A stretch of DNA of 41,883 nucleotides from Rhodospirillales bacterium. Lineage in GTDB: Bacteria; Pseudomonadota; Alphaproteobacteria; UBA828. The translations under genes and the position numbers were made by a program. The notes under the pieces are model-generated. The model made no database searches and had not been told where the DNA came from. It worked only from the letters and a program-made list of their open reading frames with translations. Below are positions 36,409-41,883 of the stretch, one piece after another; the stretch's first letter is position 1; every line of letters begins with the position of its first letter. Location of the stretch: contig JAPPHR010000112.1 of assembly GCA_028820995.1 (NCBI GenBank), positions 1 to 41,883 on the forward strand, in the 5' to 3' direction.

Positions 36409-38604
36409 CTACTCCGCGGCGTCGGGCAGCGGCGCGGCCTCGGTGACGGCGCGCAGCCCCGCGATCACGTCCTCTTCTTGCGCAAGCGCGGCGGTCTCCA
36501 GCACCTTGGAGACGACGGGCGCCGCCTGCGAGCCGGAGACCCGCAGGATCTCGTGATCGAGCCAGTCGAAGAGCCGCTCCTGCGCCTCCTGGGCGATGCG
36601 GGCGCCGAGCGAAGGCCCGCGCGCGGTCTGCTCCACGATCAGCAGACGGTTGGTGCGCTGCACGCTGGCCCCGATGGTCTCCCAGTCCATGCCGAGCGGG
36701 TCGAGGGTGCGCAGATCGATCACCTCGGCGTCGATCCCGGCGGCCTCTGTGGCGGCGACGCTCACCGGCACCATGTTGGCGCAGGTCACCACCGTGCAGG
36801 CTGAGCCGGGGCGCACGATGCGCGCCTTGCCGAAGGGGATGCAGTAGTCGAGGTCGTCCGGCACCAGCCCTGAGCCCTGGTAGAGCGCCTGGCACTCGAT
36901 GATCGCCACCGGGTCGTTGCAGCGGACGGCGCTGTTGAAGAGCCCCACGTAGTCGAATGGCGTGGTCGGCGCGACGATGCGCCAGCCCGGCCAGAGCGCG
37001 AAGATTCCCGACGGGTCCATCGAATGCTGCGAGCCGTAGCCCCCGCCGGCCGCCACGCGGGCGCGCAGGATCAGCGGCGCATCGTGCCGGCCGCCGAACA
37101 TGTGGCGCACCTTGGCCGCCTGGTTGAAGAGCTGGTCCGCCGCGACCAGGCAGAAGTCCGCATACATGATCTCGACGACGGGCCTGAGCCCGTTGACCGC
37201 AGCGCCGAGCCCCATGCCGCAAAAGCCGTTTTCCGCAATCGGCGTGCCGATCAGGCGCTCAGGCCACACCTCCTTGATCCCCTTGGTGGCCCCCGCAGTG
37301 CCGCCCTTGAGCCGGTGCACGTCCTCGCCCAGCACGATCACGCTTTCGTCCCGCTCCATCGCGTGGAACTGCGCGGCGGCGATCGATTCGATGAAGGTCA
37401 TCTCGCGCGCCGCCGCCGGGTCCACGTCCTCCGGCTCCATGCGCGGCACGCCGTCGAGCTCCGAGAGGTCGCCGCGGATGCCGATATCGATCTCTGCCGT
37501 GTCGGGCCAGAGCGCCGGCACGACGCGGAGCCGATTGGTTCCCGGCTCGGTCTCGGTCAGCGCCTTCGCGGCGCTCTCCACCGCTGCGTGCGCGCGCCCT
37601 TCCAGCACCGCGACCCCGGCCTCGTCTATGATGCCGCAGTCGATCAGATGCTTCGGCATGGTGGTTACCGGGTCACGGTCGTGCCAGGCCTCCTCCTTGT
37701 CCTTGTCGCGGTAGCCGAAGGCGCTGCCCTTCATCGGTCCGTGCTGGTGGAAGTAGCGGTAGGTGAGGGATTCGATCAGCGCCGGTCCCGTCTCGTCCTC
37801 GATCCGGCCGCGCGCCCACTGCATGGCCTTGCGCACGGCCATCACGTCCATGCCGTCGACCTCGACCGAGGGCACGGCGAGCCCCTGCCCCCGCGCGGAA
37901 AGCCTGGTCTCGCGCGTGGTTTCCGAGACATGCGTCGAGACGCCGTAGAGGTTGTTCTCGACGAAGAAGACGATGGGCAGGTCGTAGAGGGCGGCCATGT
38001 TGAGGGATTCGTAGGCCGCGCCGTTCTGCATCGCGCCGTCCCCGAAGAAGGTAACGGTGAGGTTGCCGCTGCGCCGGAGCTTCTCGGCCAGCGCGTAGCC
38101 CACCGCCTGCGGCGGGTTGCCGCCGACGATGGCGTTGGTGCCGAGCACGCCGGCCTCGTCCCAGCGCATGTGCATCGAGCCGCCGCGCCCGCCGCAGTAG
38201 CCGGGCGAGAGCCCCATGATCTCGGCCATGGAGCGGTGCACGACCTCCTGCATCGCGTCGGGCCACTCGTCGGCGCGCGGGTCGTAGTCCGCCGGCGCCG
38301 CGTGGTTCAGGAACTTCGCCAGGAACTGGTGATGGGCGCGGTGCGTGGCGTTGATCTTGTCGGCGTCCGTCAGCGTCGACATGGCGCCGACGGCGCCGCC
38401 CTCCTGGCCGATGCTCGCGTGCGCGGGCCCGTGCACGCAGCCCGCCTTGAAGAGCTCCAGGATGCGTTCCTCGAAGCGGCGGATGAGGATGAGCTGCTCC
38501 AGGAGATAGGCGAGGACCTGCGGATCCTCGTTCCGCCAGTCGTCCTCGTCCGCGCTCAGCCGATTCCACGGAGTCATCGAGGTCAGTGGTTCCATCGTCG
38601 GCAT
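36409..38604 (-). CDS. Fused E1 alpha+beta 2-oxoacid/acetoin dehydrogenase (TPP-dependent)
   Basis: H.SIGQE, GRGGSMH and GDGA...ENN TPP motif; beta half with GEDV, TPIAE, HS and EVIDLRTL.P. Confidence 0.92.
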   Translation of the reverse strand: MPTMEPLTSMTPWNRLSADEDDWRNEDPQVLAYLLEQLILIRRFEERILELFKAGCVHGPAHASIGQEGGAVGAMSTLTDADKINATHRAHHQFLAKFLNHAAPADYDPRADEWPDAMQEVVHRSMAEIMGLSPGYCGGRGGSMHMRWDEAGVLGTNAIVGGNPPQAVGYALAEKLRRSGNLTVTFFGDGAMQNGAAYESLNMAALYDLPIVFFVENNLYGVSTHVSETTRETRLSARGQGLAVPSVEVDGMDVMAVRKAMQWARGRIEDETGPALIESLTYRYFHQHGPMKGSAFGYRDKDKEEAWHDRDPVTTMPKHLIDCGIIDEAGVAVLEGRAHAAVESAAKALTETEPGTNRLRVVPALWPDTAEIDIGIRGDLSELDGVPRMEPEDVDPAAAREMTFIESIAAAQFHAMERDESVIVLGEDVHRLKGGTAGATKGIKEVWPERLIGTPIAENGFCGMGLGAAVNGLRPVVEIMYADFCLVAADQLFNQAAKVRHMFGGRHDAPLILRARVAAGGGYGSQHSMDPSGIFALWPGWRIVAPTTPFDYVGLFNSAVRCNDPVAIIECQALYQGSGLVPDDLDYCIPFGKARIVRPGSACTVVTCANMVPVSVAATEAAGIDAEVIDLRTLDPLGMDWETIGASVQRTNRLLIVEQTARGPSLGARIAQEAQERLFDWLDHEILRVSGSQAAPVVSKVLETAALAQEEDVIAGLRAVTEAAPLPDAAE

Positions 38605-38751
38605 CGCGCTCTCCCCTGCCCGCTTCCGCCTCCGGACTTATAGCAGAGAACGGGGAGCCGGCACGCTTGGCGCCGCCTGCGGGGCGCGCTAGAACCCATC
38701 GCACCGGCGTCTCGGCCGGAGGGGCACGCATGGCGGAGGCCGGCGCGCACG

Positions 38752-39621
38752 ATGATTTACGACGAGCCGCGATTCACGCCGGGCGGCGACCGCTTCATCG
38801 AGATGGAGCTGGGGGACGAGCTCAACTTCGACCTCAACTTCCTGGTCCACGCGCTGACCGCGCGGGTCCGCGAGGCCGACTTCGACGGCATCATCGAGCT
38901 GCTGCCCAACATGGCCTCCATCGTCATCAGCTACGATCCCGACCGGATCGGCTACGACGACGTGGTGCGCGAGATCGGCGGGATCTTCGCCTCCCTCGGC
39001 TCGCTGGAGGACGTGGAGCTGCCGAGCCCGCTCTACACCTTCCCCGTGCTCTACTTCGACCACGTCACCCGCGCCTGTTGGGAGGACTACTGCGCCCGCA
39101 TCGCAGACAAGGAGTACGACCCGGACCTCATGGTGCGGCTCAACGGGCTGGAGAGCCGCGCGCAGCTCGCGCGCATCCATTCGGGCACGGAATACTGGGT
39201 GGCGGCTCTGGGCTTCTATCCGGGCCTCGCCTCGCTGATCGCGCTGGACCCGCGCTGCCGGCTCACGGCGCCCAAGTACAACCCGCCCCGCACCTGGACG
39301 CCCAAGGGCACGCTTGGCTATGGCGGCTCCGTGACCTGCCTCTACCCGGCGCGCACGCCCGGCGGCTACCAGATCATCGGCCATTCGCCGGTGCCGGTGT
39401 TCGACCTGGCGCAGCGGCTGCGCGCCTTCCGCGACCGCCTCGCTCTCCTCAGGCCCGGCGACCGCGTGCGCTTCGTGCCCGTGGGCCGCGAGGAGTACGA
39501 CCACGTGAGCGCCCAGGTGGAGAGCGGCGCCTACGAGCACCAGGTCGCGGCTTACGCCAAGTTCTCGATCCGCGCCTACCACGCGTGGCTGGAGACCCTG
39601 GACATGAGCGTTCGGTTCTGA
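38752..39621 (+). CDS. Carboxyltransferase subunit, PxpB/allophanate hydrolase subunit 1 family (copy 1)
   Basis: GGDRFI..E.G, LGFYPG, PRTWTP.G, TPGGYQIIG and PGDRVRF motifs. Confidence 0.88.
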   Translation: MIYDEPRFTPGGDRFIEMELGDELNFDLNFLVHALTARVREADFDGIIELLPNMASIVISYDPDRIGYDDVVREIGGIFASLGSLEDVELPSPLYTFPVLYFDHVTRACWEDYCARIADKEYDPDLMVRLNGLESRAQLARIHSGTEYWVAALGFYPGLASLIALDPRCRLTAPKYNPPRTWTPKGTLGYGGSVTCLYPARTPGGYQIIGHSPVPVFDLAQRLRAFRDRLALLRPGDRVRFVPVGREEYDHVSAQVESGAYEHQVAAYAKFSIRAYHAWLETLDMSVRF

Positions 39622-39668
39622 TGCGTCTCAGGGCGTTGGCCGCCGACGCTAATGCTTGACACGCCGTA

Positions 39669-39962
39669 TCAGGATCGGGCAGCCCAGTAGGCCGGCCTCC
39701 GCCTGTGATGAGCCACAGCGAGTATCTCGATCCTCCCACTCGTCTCCCGATAGATGATGGAGAGAGGGAACCGTACCAAGGGCGCCCGGCGAATGTCCGG
39801 CCCCTGGACGATTCGAAATCGGTGCGGGTCAGTGCTTACGGCCTTCAGGGCTTGCTCGAACGCCGCCAGGTAGTGGCTGCCGAGCCCAGGCCGGCGGGAT
39901 TCGTAGTACGCGACGGTCTCCAGGTGCTCCGCTTCTGCCTCCGGGTGAAACCGGATCGTCAC
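39669..39962 (-). CDS. Type II toxin, RelE/ParE family
   Basis: FHPEAEAE....YYE...GLG..Y...RFP..IIY...ILAVAH..R.P.YW pattern. Confidence 0.9.
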   Translation of the reverse strand: MTIRFHPEAEAEHLETVAYYESRRPGLGSHYLAAFEQALKAVSTDPHRFRIVQGPDIRRAPLVRFPLSIIYRETSGRIEILAVAHHRRRPAYWAARS

Positions 39963-40183
39963 CGCAGGAGCGACCGCGCCTTCTGCCGCACCTCCTCTTC
40001 GGGAATCGCCTGCACGTCGCCGCGGTCGAGTTCGCGGGCGCGGCGGGCCGCCACCGAAAGCCAGGCACGCTCGAGGTCGGCTTCGGACGGCTCATCGAGG
40101 CTGGACAGCAGCTTCTCGGCGAGCGCTGCCCTATCGTCCGGCGGCAGGCTCAGAGCCGCCTTCTGCAGGGTCTTGGGGTCCAT
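39959..40183 (-). CDS. Addiction module antitoxin
   Basis: 74 aa, AL.LP..DRA.LA..LL.SLD...AW.....RR......G pattern. GTGA overlap with the toxin and SD GGAGGAG. Confidence 0.88.
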   Translation of the reverse strand: MDPKTLQKAALSLPPDDRAALAEKLLSSLDEPSEADLERAWLSVAARRARELDRGDVQAIPEEEVRQKARSLLR

Positions 40184-40371
40184 CGCGCTTGCTCCTCCAA
40201 TCCGCGCGGGCTCGGTCCCGCTGGTGGAGAGCATCATAGCCCGATCATGGCCACGTGTATCGGTCGAGCGCTCCTGGCGGCGGGGTTGTTCGGGACATCG
40301 GCTGGCCCCAGGATGACCGCCTTCTAAGTACGGGACCACGACATGACGGAAGCGCGGGACGGACGGCAGCG

Positions 40372-41349
40372 ATGATCGAGGTGCTCAAGGCCGGGCTGGA
40401 GACCTGCGTGCAGGACTTTCCTGGCCGTTACGGTTTCTGGGAGCAGGGTTTTCCGCCATCCGGACCCTTCGACATGTGGTCCTTCCGTCTCGCCAATTTG
40501 CTGGTGGGAAACGCGCCGGAGGACGCGGGGCTGGAGATCCAGTTCCTCGGACCCACGCTGCGCTTCGAGAGTGCGGCCGTGATAGCGCTCACCGGAGCCA
40601 CCATGGCGCCCCGGCTCGACGGCGCACCGATTCCGCAGTGGGAGAGCGTCGCCGTCCCAGCCGGCGCGGTGCTGGAGACCGGCTTCGCCCGCGTCGGCGC
40701 CCGCGCCTATCTCGCCGTCTCTGGCGGCATCGATACGGCGCCGGTGCTGGGCTCCCGCGCAACCTTCCACATGGCAGGCGTCGGTGGCATCGAGGGCCAC
40801 GCCCTGAAGGACGGCCAGCGATTACCGCTGGGTGCCGCAGACGGCACGCCCTCCCGCCGCGTGCGCCTGGACTGCCGCCCACCCATCCCCTTGGAAAACA
40901 GCTGGCAGATCGAGGTCGTGGCCGGCCCCAACGACGACTGGATCGACGAAGAGGGGCAACGCATGTTCCTGGAGAGCGCTTGGACGCTGCAGGCCCGCAG
41001 CAACCGCACCGGCTACCGCCTCTCCGGCCCCGAGTGGACGTTTGCCGCCCGCGCCACAGACAAGGGGCTGGAGCACGGCGAGCACCCCTCCAACATCCTG
41101 GACCACGGCTATCCCGTGGGCGCGGTGAACCTCTGCGGCCAGACGCCGATCATCCTGGTGAACGATGGACCCTCGGCCGGCGGCTTCATCAACCCCTTCA
41201 CGGTGCCCTCGGCGGCATTCTGGAAGCTCGCCCAGTCCAAGCCCAACGACACCTACCGCTTCCACCTGGTCTCGGTCACGGAAGCGCAGGCCGCGCGCCG
41301 CGCCATCGACGCGCTCTGCGCCGAATCGAGCCTGGAGGACGCCGCGTGA
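40372..41349 (+). CDS. Biotin-dependent carboxyltransferase family subunit, PxpC/allophanate hydrolase subunit 2
   Basis: QD.PGR.G...G.PPSG..D, N.LVGN, GARAYLAV.GG, LGSRAT and SNRTGYRL motifs. Confidence 0.9.
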   Translation: MIEVLKAGLETCVQDFPGRYGFWEQGFPPSGPFDMWSFRLANLLVGNAPEDAGLEIQFLGPTLRFESAAVIALTGATMAPRLDGAPIPQWESVAVPAGAVLETGFARVGARAYLAVSGGIDTAPVLGSRATFHMAGVGGIEGHALKDGQRLPLGAADGTPSRRVRLDCRPPIPLENSWQIEVVAGPNDDWIDEEGQRMFLESAWTLQARSNRTGYRLSGPEWTFAARATDKGLEHGEHPSNILDHGYPVGAVNLCGQTPIILVNDGPSAGGFINPFTVPSAAFWKLAQSKPNDTYRFHLVSVTEAQAARRAIDALCAESSLEDAA

Positions 41350-41883
41350 TCTACGACGAGCCGCGCTTCATGCCGGGCGGCGATACCTTCGTGCTGGTGC
41401 AGTTCGGCGACGATGCCCGCATCGACCTCAACTTCATGGCTCTCGGGCTCACCGCCGCGCTGCGGGAAGACGGCACCAGGGGCGTGATCGACACCAACCC
41501 CTCCTACAACTCGGTGGTCGTCGAGTACGAGCCGGACCTGATCGGCCTGGACGATCTGGAGCGGGAGCTTCGGCGCCTGATCGAGGGGCTCGGGTCGGTG
41601 GAAGACCTGGAGCTCGAAAGTCGGCTCGCCTACCTGCCCGTGATGTACAACGACCCCTGGACCGAGGCCTGTGTCGAGGACTATGCCCAGCGTATCGCGC
41701 CGCGCAACGGCGACCCGGAATTCGTGGCCCGCATCAACGGGCTGGAAGATAAAGCTCAACTAGCGCGTGTACACTCGGGGACCGAGCACTGGGTCGTCGC
41801 CGTCTGCTCCACGCCGGGCCTGCCGCTCATGGTGGCGCTCGACCCGCGCTGCGCCATCACCTCGCCCAAGTACAACCCGCCCC
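41346..41883 (+). CDS. Carboxyltransferase subunit PxpB family (copy 2, partial, runs off the right edge)
   Basis: GTG overlapping the pxpC-like stop. MIYDEPRFMPGGD...HSGTEHWV...LDPRC...PKYNPP, clearly paralogous to 38752-39621. Not in the supplied ORF track. Confidence 0.88.
   Translation, partial: MIYDEPRFMPGGDTFVLVQFGDDARIDLNFMALGLTAALREDGTRGVIDTNPSYNSVVVEYEPDLIGLDDLERELRRLIEGLGSVEDLELESRLAYLPVMYNDPWTEACVEDYAQRIAPRNGDPEFVARINGLEDKAQLARVHSGTEHWVVAVCSTPGLPLMVALDPRCAITSPKYNPP

Noticed and set aside
1-41883. tRNA, rRNA, IS or integrase genes
   Set aside because: None recognised by eye. A small RNA could have been missed without a covariance search.

Overview
High-GC alphaproteobacterial (Rhodospirillales-like) chromosomal segment that appears to span the replication terminus: a XerC/D dif site sits at 3349-3376 and KOPS-like octamers mostly point towards it. 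The left part is the conserved core block holB'-metG-tatD-MBL hydrolase-mazG ... hflX-hfq-HAD-dat-trkA-ntrX-ntrY. An orphan Mu gp27/DUF3486 gene and a divergent CIRCE-regulated groESL operon are inserted between mazG and hflX, and the usual ntrBC is missing upstream of ntrY. The right part is accessory catabolic DNA (MmgE/PrpD, amidase with small partner, LLMs, SDR, PPOX-class, TauD, enolase-superfamily, sterol desaturase-like, hydantoinase B, fused E1 dehydrogenase, duplicated PxpB with PxpC), plus glnS, an AAA_14/DUF4143 ATPase, a secreted HNH-Excalibur nuclease and a ParE toxin-antitoxin pair. The most notable signal is that two unrelated, solitary, small-terminase-like genes 27 kb apart are each preceded by the same 18-bp palindrome (ACCGCACCATGGTGCGGT, 17/18 identical), placed exactly 22 nt before a -10-like hexamer. 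A third copy lies in the tail of the first gene. This suggests a dispersed, co-regulated set of domesticated phage packaging genes. All family assignments were made by eye from motifs; no searches were run.
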